Source: Sphaerodactylus townsendi (Eukaryota). Taken from it: DNA of 64,000 nt. The notes beneath the pieces were generated by a model. It saw only the letters and a program-made list of their open reading frames with translations, searched no databases and was not told where the DNA came from. The position numbers and the translations under genes were made by a program. The stretch spans positions 139,314,001 to 139,378,000 of the forward strand of contig NC_059425.1 in assembly GCF_021028975.2 (NCBI RefSeq), given 5' to 3'. Positions 49,601 through 63,494 of the stretch are shown piece after piece (positions within the stretch are counted from its first letter, which is position 1; every line of letters starts with the position of its first letter).

Positions 49601-50889
49601 ACGTGTGGCAGGCCAGGACAAATACAGTGGTTTGGCATCCATGCAGTTCCTTTGGTAGCAGGTTCAACCCGGAATTTTTCAACAAGTTCGCAATTTTGGC
49701 GTTTTTTTTTAAAAAAACCCAGATTGAGGGAAATATCACGAGTCAATCCTGCTTTGGGAAAGGGACCTATGTGAAATTTTTCCCCAAAGTGGGATATTTT
49801 CCTTCATCAACCTATTATATTTGTACCATGTGGAATCCACCTATATTTAATATAATTATCATAATGTATGACACCACAACTGCCAAATTATATATGTTAC
49901 CAGCAGCAAACCCCATTATGGGGGAGATGCAATGGGCCCTAGAAAACGGTGGAGGGAGAAGCATCTCCCCCTGCAATGGGTTTTACTGGTTCTGTAGCTC
50001 CCCTTCCTCCTACTCCCAGTGTGACACTTTCCACATACTTGGTTCTGGGTCTGTTGCTCGTGGATGGGGGATGTTAAACAGGTGTGGCTTGGGATAGGTT
50101 GGAAAATGAAAATAGGGGGAGGGTGAAGAGAGGTGGCTTGTAGTGGGAAGAAGGCAGCAAGGTGAGGCTTGGGTGGGGGAGGATGGAACAGAATGGTTTG
50201 AGGCAGGAGGAGGGTTGGAAGGTGAGGTTTGAGGTGTGGGGAGGGTGGAAATGTGAGTCTTGGGAAGGAGGGAAGGTTAGGAGGTTTAGCTAGGGGTGAG
50301 GGGAGGGTTGGAAGGTGAAATTTGAGGTGGAGGAGAGTTGGAAAATGAGGGTTGGAGAGGGAAAAATGAGGCTTGGGGTGGGAACAGGTGGCTCCCCCAC
50401 TGGTGGAGGGTTCATCATTGTGACATTCCATTTTCTTAATCCTTTATTGTTTAGCATAAATAAAAATAAATATGATGGAAAAACTGCTGATCCGATTATT
50501 TTATTGGAGGAACTGAAAGGGATCCAAATGACTTCTGAAAAAGTTATACGGCCTTACACCTAAATTTCTGCTTTGTTGCATACAATGGCTTTAAAATGAA
50601 ATAAAGTTTAAAACAAAATTTAAAATTAAAGCTAAATCAAAAATTAAAATTCCTAAAAATAACACAATTAGGGATGATATCTTTTATGACCCCCTTCTGA
50701 ATGCACATCTTAATTTGGTTAGGGGGGTTGTCTAGATTCTGTAGGGGTTCTAGATTCTGTGAAGTGGTTAAACTAATAGCATAATCACTCAAGGAGAAAT
50801 GTTCACAACTGAGACACCAGGCTAACATGAATCTACCCTCCTTGGGGATCAATGTCCATATCAGCAGAAGAGGACAGTTAAAATTTTTA

Positions 50890-51860
50890 TGGGGGTGGAA
50901 GAATCTTTAAAGCAACAAACAACAAGTATGGTCCGCCACCCAGCAGGGATTTCACCACCTTTCAACATTGCTGTTGGCGAGCATCAGGGATCAGCACTTT
51001 CACCATTACTATTCATACTCTGCATGGACACTGCTACAGCAGATTTGCAAACTAGGCATTCTTGGACACTCCTATATGCAGATGACATTGCACTTGGCCA
51101 CCAAAAACGTGCAGTCCTTCAATGACAGCTGCAGGCATGGAGTGATAGATGCAGTGAAAATGGACTTCAACTGAACATACCCAAAACAGAGTAGCTACAA
51201 TGTGACTCTCAAACTAGAACAACAATTCAAATTAACGGACAAACACTGAAGAAGGCCACTCAATTTAAATACCTAGGGTCTCTGGTCTCCATAGATGGCG
51301 ACATAATGCCAGGCGTACGGTCATGAATAAACGCAGCATGGTGGAAATGGTGGCAAACTACTGGCATTCTATGTGACTCTAAAATGCCTGAAAAACTCAA
51401 GGCTAAGATCTACATTACAGTTGTTCTCCCAGTAGACCTCTATGGGGCAGAGTGCTGCCCAGCAACAAAGAAACACGAACAAGCCCTTAACAAAATGGAA
51501 ATGGAAATGCTGAGATGGACACTTGGCCTGACACTCCTTGACCATGTGCCAAATGATGACGTCCATCAAAGACTAGGAATAAAGGCAATTAGCAAGAAAA
51601 TGCATGGAAGCCAGACTATGGTGGTATGGCCATGTCATGAGAAGAGAATCAACATCAGTAGCTCAAACAGCACTACATTTGGAGACAGCAGGATGATGAC
51701 CACGTGGACGGCCAAAGAAAAGATAAATGGACACCATCACCAAAGACATGCATGCTGCCAACCTGAGCCCTGTGGATGCACAAAACAGAGACCTGTGGAA
51801 ATGACAGTCACAGTGCTAAGCCCTTCACTGGGAAAATAGCCTAGAACAAAGGAAGAAGGC
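50890..51860 (+). mobile_element. RTE-clade LINE 3' part (RT)
   Basis: HQGSALSPLLF, LLYADDI, FKYLGS, LKAKIY.TVV.P...YGAEC, EMEMLRW..G.T..D; in-frame stops present. Confidence 0.9.
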
Positions 51861-51899
51861 GGAGGAGGAATCTTTAAAGCATAGCTGCATTGCAACAGT

Positions 51900-53020
51900 T
51901 CTAGTGGAAGGTGAGGCTGGCAGAGGAAAATATGTATACAATGGCAGGGCCACTTCAACTGTCCCTGAGTAGTACTGTGAAGAAAACGGCAATGATAACC
52001 TTCTTCTGACCAACGCCTACCTTGAAAACCCTATAAGACAATACAAAATGGGGGAAAGGGATATAGTGCTGAAAAATAGAATCCCAAGTTGAATGGCACT
52101 CAATCAGTTATTGGGGAGAGTCAAGGACATGTATGAGTAGCACTATTCTTAATGAAGTGAGTGGACTAAAACCAAAAGGACATTGTATTTTTGACGTGAA
52201 TGGATGCAAAAGGAGAGTCCAAAGTTGTTTCACACATATAATAGGAACATGAAAGAAAGCACGAGAAATGGAATGCTTAAATATTTCAATCCTTGGTGTG
52301 AGTAGACTAAAGTGGACTGGATTAGGATGCTATCAGTCAGAAAATTACAAAGTGTTCTATTTAAGGAATGATAAATGCAGAAGGAATGGAGTTGCTTAAA
52401 TGGTGAGGCAAGATGTAGCACAGATAGTCAAGTGATTTAATGCAATGTCTGACCAAACAATATCAATCAGATTTAAGGGAAAGCCTACCAACGTAACCAT
52501 TATTGAAGTTTATGCCTCAACTACAGATGCTGATGAGGAAGAAACATTATGCAAGTGTCCAGGAAGAAATTGCTCACACACTGAAACAAGATGTGTTGAC
52601 AAGCAAAGGTGACAGGAATGCAAAAGTAGGAAACAAAGAAAGTACTGACAGAAAACAGGGAAGACTTGAAATGATTACTGGTGAAACTTAAAGCAGAAAG
52701 TCTCAAAGTGAGACTGCAGCTGAACATAATGACTACTTAGGAATTTTTCAACTTGAAGGTTGGCAATGAGGAAACTGAAATTGCTCAAGACTTTGTATTA
52801 CTTGACTTCATCATCAACCAAAAGGGAGACTGTAACCAGGCAATCCAAGAGAGACTGAGACTAAGAAGGGCATCCATGAAGGAGGTAAAAAAGATTCTTA
52901 AGTGTAAGGATGTGTTACTGGCAACCAAGATCAAGTTATTTCATGCTGTAGTAATTTTTATTTCTTTGTTGAGGTGTGAAAGTTGGGCAATGAAGAAAAC
53001 TGACAGGAAGAAAATAGATC
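51900..53020 (+). mobile_element. Internally deleted RTE/BovB-like LINE
   Basis: Endonuclease remnant IEVYASTTDADEEE joined to post-RT QKGDC.Q.I..RLRL.R..MK...KILKCKDV.L.TKIKL and CESWAMKK.DRKKID. Confidence 0.8.
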
Positions 53021-53818
53021 GACTGGCTACAACCAATCTCCATGTGAAGATTGGAGGTAGCGAGTCACTTGCCGGTGTTCAACTGCACTCCTGCACCAAT
53101 CTCCACGTAGAGATCAGGATGGGGGCACAGTCATGAGGGAAGGGGCACAGCCCTACAGTACACCCCTAAAAGTGACACCTGGGGCTCTAGCCCCTTATAC
53201 CCCAGCTATGCTACTGCCACCATAGAGAATAATGGCTCTTTAACATTCAAAGAGCCAGTATACCATGAATCAGAGGGAGACCAGAGAATTCTTCCTTTCC
53301 CTCTCTCCTTCCTTCCCTGGCCCATTGCCTTCCTGACATAATTTCTAATTCTGAATTCAATTGGAATTTGGGTTTTTTTTGGGGGGGTGCCAAATCTGAT
53401 TGGCTGACCCAATACCAGGTTGGTGGTATCTAACTGAATGAGCCCTAATGAACATGTGCCAGTTATTCCTGAATGAAATCATTTCTATGAAGAAACACCT
53501 GATAATATGGTCATGATGGGTAAAGAATACAGTGAAATATTAAGCCATGCTGTTCTGAAACACTGCTTTGATTAATCAAACAAGCTTTAACAACAAAAAG
53601 TTGGTGAACACAGTGGATCTATGTCCTCAATTCCCTTGAGGTAATTAATCAAGTTCTAGTCAATTTACCTGCCTTTGCCATGAAATGAAATCAGTGTTAT
53701 GTACGTGCAATTGTCTTTTTGCATAAACATATGCAAAGTGACTGAACTTGTGTATATACAAGCACCCAAACATTCTTTTCTAAACAGAATCATTCTTATT
53801 TAGTTACATTATTTTTTT

Positions 53819-54102
53819 TAAAGGTAAAGGTGGTTCCCTGGCCGAACACCGGGTCATTACTGATAGGGGGGTGATGTCACATCATGATGTTTACTAAGCA
53901 GACTTTATTTATGGGGTGGTTTGCCATTGCCCTCCCCAGTCATGTACCCTTTATTCCCAACAAACTGGTTACCCACTTTACTGACCTCGAAGGATGAAAG
54001 ACTGAATCAACTATGAGCTGTCTACCTAAAATGGACTTCTATTGGGATCAAACACTGGTAGTGAGCTGAGCTTTGACTGCAGTACCACAGCTTACCACTC
54101 TG
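53819..54102 (-). mobile_element. Sauria SINE
   Basis: Reversed aaaggtaaagg tail, ggtttgccattgcc segment, tttactgacctcgaagg core. Confidence 0.85.
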
Positions 54103-55600
54103 CCTTTTTTCTGCCCTTACAAGGGCTACCAACACAGCTAGCTATTTAAAACATGCAAAACAAAATTACATCATAAAACCATTAAAATCAACCCCCTATT
54201 AAAACAGTTTTTAAAACAGTTTAAAAAGAGTTCAAATGCTTACAAAACAAAAAAAAATATTGGTTAGGAAGAAGGGATCATCAAGAGAATGCCAAATGAA
54301 ACATAAAAAATCTTCTATTTCTGATGGAACATAGCAACAGAAGAGGACAAACTAATCTCCCTGGGGAGGAAGTTCCAGAGTCTTGGTGCCATGACCAAGA
54401 AGACCCTTTCCCTGGTTGCCACCTGCCAAATCAGAAGGTGCAGTTGAAGTAAGGTCTCCAAAGATGACTATAACATTCAGGCAGGTTCATAAAGTATGGT
54501 GTGGTCCTTTATGTATGTTGTTTTCAATCAGTGTGAGGATTTCATGCTCAAGATCAGCACTTTGAATTGTGTGTGAAAACAAAATGATAGCCAGTATAGG
54601 TGGGCCAAGACTGGAGTGTTATTGTCCCTATGATCTGCTCCAGTAAACATCTCGGCTGCAGCATTCTGTACCAGTTCAAGTTTCTGTACTTTTTTCAAGG
54701 ATAGCTCCATATAAAGTTAACTGCAGTAATCTAAGGCAGTTTCCGCACAGCCACGGGAGAGACCCTGCATTGGCATTAATCATGTGGATGCAGGCTTTGG
54801 GGTCATTCGCACAAATGGCCCCATGGGATGCGCAGCTGTGGGAGCAAGCTCCGCACAGCTGCGTATTCCCCTCCTTGGCCCCAAACACCTCGTTACCTTC
54901 TGCTGGCAGCCGCGTCGCTCTATCGCTGAAGCATCAGAGACCAGGGGGCATGTCCCCTTCCCTCCTCAGAGTGACAATAGAGAGACACAGCTGCCAGCAG
55001 AAGGTAACGAGGCGTTTGGGGCCGGGGAGGGGAAAACGCCGGCTTCCACCCGCTGCTGTTCACATGGCAGCGGATGGAAGCCGGTGTTTGTAGGAAAACT
55101 CGCTCCCCAAGCAAGTTTTGAATACACCGTTTTGGCAGGCACAGAGCGCTGCTGCATCGATTTGGCAGCGGCGCCTGTGCAAAGGGTCCCTGCCAAAACG
55201 GTGTTTTACCGGGCTGAAGCCGTTTCTTTCAGCCCGTGCAGAAACCGCCTAAGTTAGATATAATCAGGGCATGCACCACAGTGACAAGATCTTTTCTATC
55301 TAGGAAAAGTTGCATTTGACTAACCAGTTGAAGCTGGTAAAAAGCACTCTTGGCCCCAGCTTCCACCTGCTAATCCAGCAGTAGATGCCTGGGTACAGGA
55401 ACAGCCTCAGAACACAGACCTGTTTCTTTAAGGGCAGCGCAACCCCATCCAAAACAGGTGATACCTTAAATCCTATCTTAGACCTTCTGTTCACCACTTC
55501 TGGCTTGTTCAGATTTAGCTTCAGGTTTTCTGCAGTCTCCCTGGCATCATCTGGAAGTGAGAGTTAGAGCTGGGTGCCATCTGCATATCGATAACATTCT
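54103..55600 (-). mobile_element. Old L2 LINE fragment interrupted by a MITE
   Basis: Minus strand reads YADGTQL (~55580), LDYC (~54725), KLELVQNAAA, TPVLAHLYWL. Confidence 0.85.
54735..55249. mobile_element. 515-bp non-autonomous PIF/Harbinger element
   Basis: TIRs GGCAGTTTCCGCAC and GGCGGTTTCTGCAC (reverse complement); perfect TAA TSD at 54732-54734 and 55250-55252; removing it restores the L2. Confidence 0.9.
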
Positions 55601-57009
55601 TAGACATAATGTCAATGTAAACTTAACAATGTGCCTGCTGCTTAAAAATGCATTACATTTGTGAGAGAAAATGGTGGATTCTGCTCAGCACATGTATAAC
55701 AGGTTGCAGTCTTTATAAAGGAACCTGTTTTCCTTTTTCCCATTTGGTTGTGTGCCTTTCACCCATTCAGGCAGCAACTGGAGCTCATGGAAATAATCTG
55801 AAGTTGCTTTCACCCCTTCATATGGAGACTATTCTCTCTCTTTAAAAAAAATCCCTGTAACACATACATAGCTGCGCAGGCATACAGAGAGGAACTCCTG
55901 CAGCCATGCTATTTGCATAGCTGCACAAAAGGGGAAAAAAAGAAAAAGGTACCTCCCTGCAATGGCCAGGCAATAATGAACATGTTGCTGTAGATTGATC
56001 ATACTTGCTGCCACAGGGAGAAAACATATTTGGGAGATTTTCTACACTGTCAGGTGTCCAGAGAATCTTCCCACAACCTGCACGTAATGGTGGGTGGGCG
56101 GATTCTTCCTGGCAGTGGACAGCACACAACCTAAAATGAATGGGTGGAAGGGAGGGGGGAAAAGTGTCTCCTGCCTGTTGTGTTTGCACAAGAGCACCTC
56201 CAACCCAGAATTAGGCAAAAGGATTGCTGGTTTAGCCATTTTTGAATTCTGGGTTGAGGGAAATAGAACATGCCAAACTCATTTTGAGAACAGGACCTGT
56301 GTGAAATGTCCTCCCCGCCCCCAATACTTTATATAACATCCTACACCCATTCTGTTTGGCCCGTGCGAAATCCACCAATGTGAGGGCACAGGTTTCCATG
56401 ACATTATATGTATACTTGTATATCAATAATATAAAAGTACTTGGAAGGGTGATTGTTTAGTGTCCCACAAAAAAATTGCCCTGAGCTTCTCAGAGGAAGA
56501 GGGGTGCACCCATGTGATAAAGTAAACTTAGAAGAAACATAATTTAATATGTTTATTATCTAATCTTTTACTGTTCTAAGTCTTTCTCTTCCTGTGAGGA
56601 GAACATATTCGGAAAATACTTGCAGCAATTGATTTATTGATTCAGTTTAAAGTCTGTGGGTTGCTTTCAGTAGTCATTCCAGTCAAATGAGTAAGAAATA
56701 AAATTTGACATGGGTGTAATGGAGCTGTACAAGGAGATTAAGCACACACCCTTTTCTATTTGAACAAAGGATAATTTAGCTCATATTACAATGGTTCAGA
56801 TAGGTGCTAAATTCCAAAATACATAAAAGAGCTCAAGAGATGGGAAGAATAATATACTTTATAACAACTTGATTATATTTTATTACAAAAAACTTCCTGC
56901 CTTTTATTTGCTAATGTCAGTATTCAAAGAGAGAGAAAGCTACCTTCCCTTTGGCTGGTTACAATTCTAACCTGGGAAAGGAATGAAAAGCATGGCCATA
57001 GCCTGTCAT

Positions 57010-57697
57010 TGTGGGCCAGAAGGAGCACAGCAAAAGCCATTTCATTGCCTTAGGTAGGGCAAGGCCGCAGCTTCAGGACCCGGCCCGCACATGCATGGAA
57101 GCCAGGTCCTGGTTGGCAGCCACATGTGGCGAGCTCAGTATCACTCTGGACGCTGAAGATTGACCCACCCACCCATCCCTGTACTACTTTATGCTGTTGT
57201 ATTATGTTTTGTTTGTTGATTGTTTCTGTCATGGCCAGTTGGCAGGTTGCACATGGGGGGTGATCTGTTGGGAAAGGGGAGCCGCGGGATCTCCCCTGTT
57301 ATAACACCTCCTTAAGAGGTCAGGGTGGAGCAAGCCAATGGTCAGGATGCCCAACAGGGCTTACAAGGCTTGTGCCCTAGCGGCAGAATAAAGCGGGCAC
57401 CAGACAGGGGTCCACAGCCCAACTGGCATGCACCACTCCAATCTTGCCATTTGCAGTCAATTCATCTAGCAGGCAGGCTTGAGGAATTTGATGGGCTCTG
57501 GGGGACAGCACTTGTGATGCCCAGATGTTTGGATCACCCCTCCCATGCTGTGCCATTTGCTTCCTTTTAATTCCTGTGTCAATAAACACCTCTGGCTATG
57601 GTCAAACATTTTCTACCCACAAACAGTTGTATGTTTTTATTGGAATGGGGGTGGTTTACTGTTAGCTTGAGCCAGCGGGCTCACTTCCTGACCCACA
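57010..57697 (+). mobile_element. Probable solo LTR
   Basis: TG...CA ends with a short inverted repeat (TGTGGGCCAGAAG / CTTCCTGACCCACA); CCAAT at ~57335; AATAAA at 57581-57586. No clear TSD. Confidence 0.5.
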
Positions 57698-60334
57698 AAC
57701 CCTGAGTATTTTTTAACTTTATTCTGTAAATCTCCATTTCCTTTTATTTATTTCTTCTTGAGAGACACTGTATATCACAATTACTTGTAGAAGGAGAGTA
57801 TCAAGAGAAAATATTTTTTCTTGTTTTCTGAGTAATTTTTTTTCTTGGTATCCTTCTGTACTTTGCTGCCAATATATGAATATTTTGTATGGATTATACT
57901 ATAAAAACAAATAGTATATATAAGCCATCTATTTTATAAAGGTGGTAGAAAATATGGAACGTGTGTCAAAAATCCTGAACAGTTCCACAAATACAATGTT
58001 TGGCATGTCTTAACTTGCTTTTTCTTTGCTTGTTTTGTTTTTTCAAACCAATTGTAGGACATTTCTGTCTTATAAGTGCTTACAGAAAAATTACGCCTGG
58101 ATCATAATGAAGATAAGAAGTATTTGTATAATGTTAATATGGTTTTATCTCTAAGAGGAGGCACTGGAAGCGCGATGAATGGAGCTCCCAGCAGTTTCAT
58201 TTCCTGTAAAAATCAGGTGTGCAGGGATTCATTTTCAATGGGGACGTAGCACAAGCAAAAGGATGGGCTTAAGCTTCCCCCTTAAATGTTTTCCCAGTCA
58301 TAAATACTCCTTTGGAGCAACTATTTGCCCATTGGCATTTTTTTTCTAGCTACTGGAATTATATGTTCCAAAGGAGCAAACAGTGGCTTCATAAGGCTGT
58401 TTTAAGTCAGAAGAACAGCATTTGGAGAAGGGTTAAATCTGCCTTTCCCTTGCACCATAGCCCCAGTTAGTATTGGGTCTGCACATTAAGATTTGTGTTT
58501 TGAAGGAAATGACCCCAAAACATTCAACAGCAGGATGAAATGACCCTCACTAATTAGAAACCCAGCTAGAATAGTGTGTTTATGCAATTGATACTCATCT
58601 GGATTCCATTTAACTTAATAAGGGCATCAAATAGAAACTTCATTTCATTTGCAAGAATTTTAGTCTCTCCACGCTTTTGAGGCGTTCAGGATTCAGCTTG
58701 TCCCTTTCACTCATCATAGAACTCTGATAGGATAGGTTTTCTCCCAGGTCACTCAGGAAACTTCATGGCACAGTATAATTCAAATCTCTACTGTCGTAGT
58801 ATGATATTTTAAACCAGTGAACCACATTGTACAATCTAAGGTCACAAATAGCAAAGCATAGTTATGGTTATTAGAACCTTAGATATTCATCTACCAGAGG
58901 ATATAAAGAAAAGGCTAATTTGTTTATAAGTCTTGAATTTGGACACAGTTTACTAGTGTTTGTTTGATGTGCTCATCATATTGGAAAACCTGGTGTTTTA
59001 AAAGGAGCAGTGCCTTTTGAATTGTATTCCTTTATAAACAAAATTGTAACAAAACATATTCTTAGAAAAGGAGCCCAAAATACTGCAAGAAAAACATATA
59101 TCAATCCCAGGCTGCAGTTTTACTTTGAAATGCTGAATTGACTGATCCGTTGCACCTTGCTGAATGTAGCTGGGGGAAAATTAGATAAATGTCCAGCATT
59201 ATGGAACAGTACAGAATAAATCAGCAACAGAATAATTTTGCTAGAAATAGTCATTTTCAAAAGGCCAAGCTTGCTAAAAACCATGTTTGCCTGTTTGTTC
59301 CAAGCCCCATTAGTCATCAGTACATAGCCTATGAATACAATTATTGTCAAAGTTACTAATGGAAAAACACTTGGAAATAACCATCTAGTAATTATGGCTT
59401 TAACAGACTGAACGCTGAATATGTTAAATCCCAACTCAGTAAAGCACCACTAACAAACACAACAGCCACTGAGAGCCAAATAGACATAAAAGCAAAAATT
59501 CAAGGCAGGAAAATCCTGAGCCGAATATGGGACCCAAGCACTTGATAATGGGAGACTGTAATTTATAATGTAACCCTGTATCTGAGGAGATAAATGATAA
59601 AAACAATAAGGCATACTTAAAGCAGAAATAAATGCCTAAATTGTCAGGCTAATTAAAATAGGTTTGTTAGTTTGAAAGGGGAGGAACCACATGCCAGAGC
59701 TATGATGAGTATCATTTGATTAATATGCCAAAAATGCTTCATTTCAGTCTGAATGAGCCATATGGCTGCTGGGGTATCTCTCCTAGAAGAATATGCTGTG
59801 AGTATCAATTTTGACAAGTCATAATGGAAATATTTTCATCTTCATGCCTGATTTACAAAGTCAGTCAGACAAGAGTTTTGGTTAGAGTTGATAGGATTAG
59901 CCAAGGTTCCTAAGGGATCCTATCCAAGATGTTCCACTATCCATTTGTCATGTAAGCTCTAAGCTTTTGCTTCACCTTCATGGACTACTCTTTTCACCTT
60001 TTGGTGCCATATATTCTTTTTGATCGTTTAATTTTGTGCTTTTCTTGTTTGAGACAGTGTGTTTCCTTTATTTTAAAAGGATTTGGCAGGTGCAAAGTTT
60101 TACTTCAGCCACAATAGCTTTAAGCAAACCAGCATCCATAGCCCATTCGAACAAAACAGGAAGGTAATAATATTGACCTGGAATGTTGTAAACGTTAATA
60201 GGCAGTTGCACATGTAGCTGAACACTCTGACTGATGCACATTTTGAAATCATATCAAAAATTCATGATGTTAGACAAAAAATAATTCAAATAATATGAGT
60301 AGGAAGTCTGAATACATATATTTAATACAATTAT

Positions 60335-60595
60335 CATAAGAACATAAGAACAAGCCAGCTGGATCAGACCAAAGTCCATCTAGTCCAGCTCTCTGCTACT
60401 CGCAGTGGCCCACCAGGTGCCTTTGGGAGCTCACATGTAGGATGTGAACGCAGTGGCCTTCTGCGGCTGTTGCTCCCGATCACCTGGTCTGTTAAGGCAT
60501 TTGCAATCTCAGATCAAAGAGGATCAAGATTGGTAGCCATAAATCAACTTCTCCTCCATAAATCTGTCCAAGCCCCTTTTAAAGCTATCCAGGTC
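60335..60595 (-). mobile_element. CR1 3' end with a long TSD
   Basis: cataagaacataagaa tail; flanking ATATTTAATAYAATTATCATA at 60318-60338 and 60596-60616. Confidence 0.85.
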
Positions 60596-61589
60596 ATATT
60601 TAATATAATTATCATATTTTATATAAAATGTGTGTGAATGTTAGTTATGCACACCACTAATAGTAGAAAAGTTGTGCACACATATTAAATCTTTCGCAAG
60701 TCAGTTGGGATAGGGATTATCGTTAATATTATGAAGATTATTTATAAATCATATCAAAAATTATTATCAGAAGTGTTCTAGGAATTACACTAAAATAGAG
60801 GGGAAATAGTTCATGTTCAATGACCATTGTAATCGAAGGTATTTTACAAGACACAAAGTGAACTGTTCATCCTACTACAAGCCAAGAGAGATTTCTATGT
60901 ATTTTATTATGTAATTACATTAGAGACTTTGGAGCTGCTATACATTTTTAACTGTGACTGACCAAAATTGATAGCTAAATAGTAAAGTTATCAATTAATA
61001 TTTAATTACTTCTCAAATTCAATACAATTTTTTTGGAAAAATGTAAACTAGAAGCAAACATGAGCTATTACCACAAAAGGCAGATTCAAGAAACTGTAAA
61101 ACATTTCCATAAGTGGAAATAAATATCAGGCACAAACTAGCCAAAGTTCAGCAATTTCAAGTCTCATTGATTTCTGGAAACTGCAGACATCAGAAGAAAA
61201 AAGTTTGTTGTGACTGAGAAGTATAAAATAAAATATTAGAAATATTAGTATACTCCCTCCCCGCTAATAACATTTTTGATCTGCTTTATTTTCTAGTCCT
61301 AAGTGATATTAACAAAAATGTAATAATGCACTGGTAACTATATAATGTAATAATGTGGTGTTAGATGGGAAGAAAAAAACCATATATTGCACTATACCAA
61401 AATTAGTCACTAGCCAACTGGACAAATTTGTTAACATACATGGAAACTGTACCAGTAGCTCCCAAAGATCATTTATGCTAAGATAATGCTATAATAAAGT
61501 TGGAAAATTGTGCTGAATGATACTGCACCTAATTTCATGAAATTATCACAGTATTGAACAGGGAACTGATTAAATAAAACAATGTAATA

Positions 61590-61792
61590 AGATTACAAAA
61601 CTCCAGGTGGCACCTGGAGATCTCCTACAATTATAATCCATCTCCAAGTGGAAGATCAGCTCCCCTGGATAAAATGGCTGCTTTGAAGCAGGACTGTGTG
61701 ACATTATGTCTTGCTGAGGTCCCTCCCCAAATCTCACCTCATATTCTATCCCCAAAATCTCCAGATATTTTCAACCCAGAGTTGTCAATCCT
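61590..61792. mobile_element. AGGGTTGCCA-family non-autonomous DNA element
   Basis: Core ctccaggtgg..cctggagatctcc...cccctgga.aaaatggctgcttt...gaggtccctcccc and right end gagttgtcaatcct. Recognised from memory as an abundant gecko repeat. Confidence 0.65.
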
Positions 61793-63494
61793 GCAATGAA
61801 AATGTATTGAACCAGCAAAGATAAGACAAGACAATAATCAACGGCTCTGTGTATTTAAAATACAATCGGCTGTTACTTCAAACCCCATGAGTCCCAAAAA
61901 CTCACACAAAGTCTACTGTTAAAAATTATACAGGTTTATACCTTATCTGTGCATCAGACTCTACTGTTGCCGTGGCCAGGAAGACTTCCTAATTCAAGTT
62001 AGAAGATGTACCACTGAAAGCTTGCTATTGAAGTCCACAATCGCTTCTGGGCAAAGTTAAAGTAAAATGTTCATTGAAGTGAGAATGTCCCAGCTATTGG
62101 CATTTCATTTTCTATTGGAATACAGTAGTTGCATTTAAACTGAATATTTCTGTAAGGTAATCCATGAGTTCTTTGGCTTCCCGGCCAGCTCTCAAGCTTT
62201 CTTTTCCTTGAGTGCTAAAGCAGTGGAGAAGCATGTTGAAAGAATTTGTGCTACAAAACACTCGGTAAAAATAATTGACTGAATGAATAATTTATTGAAT
62301 TTACTGAAAATACTGACCTAGATTTATGCTTCCATATTAAGAACATGGAACACGTATAATAATACGTGGTTGCAAATGGTGTGTCAAGTTATGTTAAGGG
62401 AAGATTGTCTGATGATGATTAATTTAAAAGGAGGCTGTGCAACAAAAAGGGCTTGGCAGTAGATTGCTTGTGCTGTGCTGCCATTGTTTGTCACAAAATA
62501 AGCACTTTGTCATTCCACTAAGACTGGGCTCACTTTGAAAGATTTTGGAAAAGCAGAAATATTTTATGAGACTGGGACAGCTGTAGATAAATACTTCAAT
62601 CTGTGATGTACCACATGGCAGTGAGGAGAGAAGAGGAATAGGATAGCCTCTGCCAACTGTTCTTGACTCAAGAGGAACATTTGAATGCGCTGTGTGAAAT
62701 CCTGATTTTGGAGGGTTCTCATTTGTGTGTGTGGTGGTCTGGCAATGACCTGCCGGGGCGGGGGGGGGGCGGTAAGAAGACACACACCTGGGTCCAGCAG
62801 CAAGACTGACCTGGGTGGAGCATGGTGGGACCAGGGACAGGAGAATGCAGCCAGGGCAGTCTCAATAACAGGGCAGCTTCAGAAATCTGCTACAGGGGGA
62901 CTCTAAGAGGTGGTAATAGGTGAGCATGGAAGAGGGAGCAATGACTGTCCGAGCCTAGGTGGTTCATGGTTCCCAGGCAAAGAATCGGGTTATACCACTG
63001 TAGCTCTTTTCCCTTGCAATACAACCCTGAGGAGTGTGAAGCTAATGACACCTTCAGGTGCTGGAAATAATACCACTTGTGCAAGGAAGTAAGGACTGGG
63101 CTGGTGCTTTCAAGACTCCGTAGACTCCAGGTATGCTGTTTCCTGTCCCTAAAAAGCATGACTGCATGTACCAGAGCTAAAAATCCATGTGTTGTTACAT
63201 TCAGATAATGTGGCAGCCTCAGGTGTTGGAAGGGTCTACATGTATTTGCTGGTCTCCCAGTACATGTGGTCTGTAATGTCTGAAAAAAGGCTAATGCCAC
63301 ACCAGCTTCACTGGTGTTCAGTTTCCTTCCATGACACCTGAAGGACTAATGTCTCCAACATGAGCCTGACTGTATTTCCACATGTTTGTTTCATATGCCA
63401 GTAGCTAGCTACTTGTGACATGGCATTCCCTCTGGTGGCACTCAGATAATGGAACCATGTCCTTTATAAACCTTCTCGGGCAAAATCATGTGAG

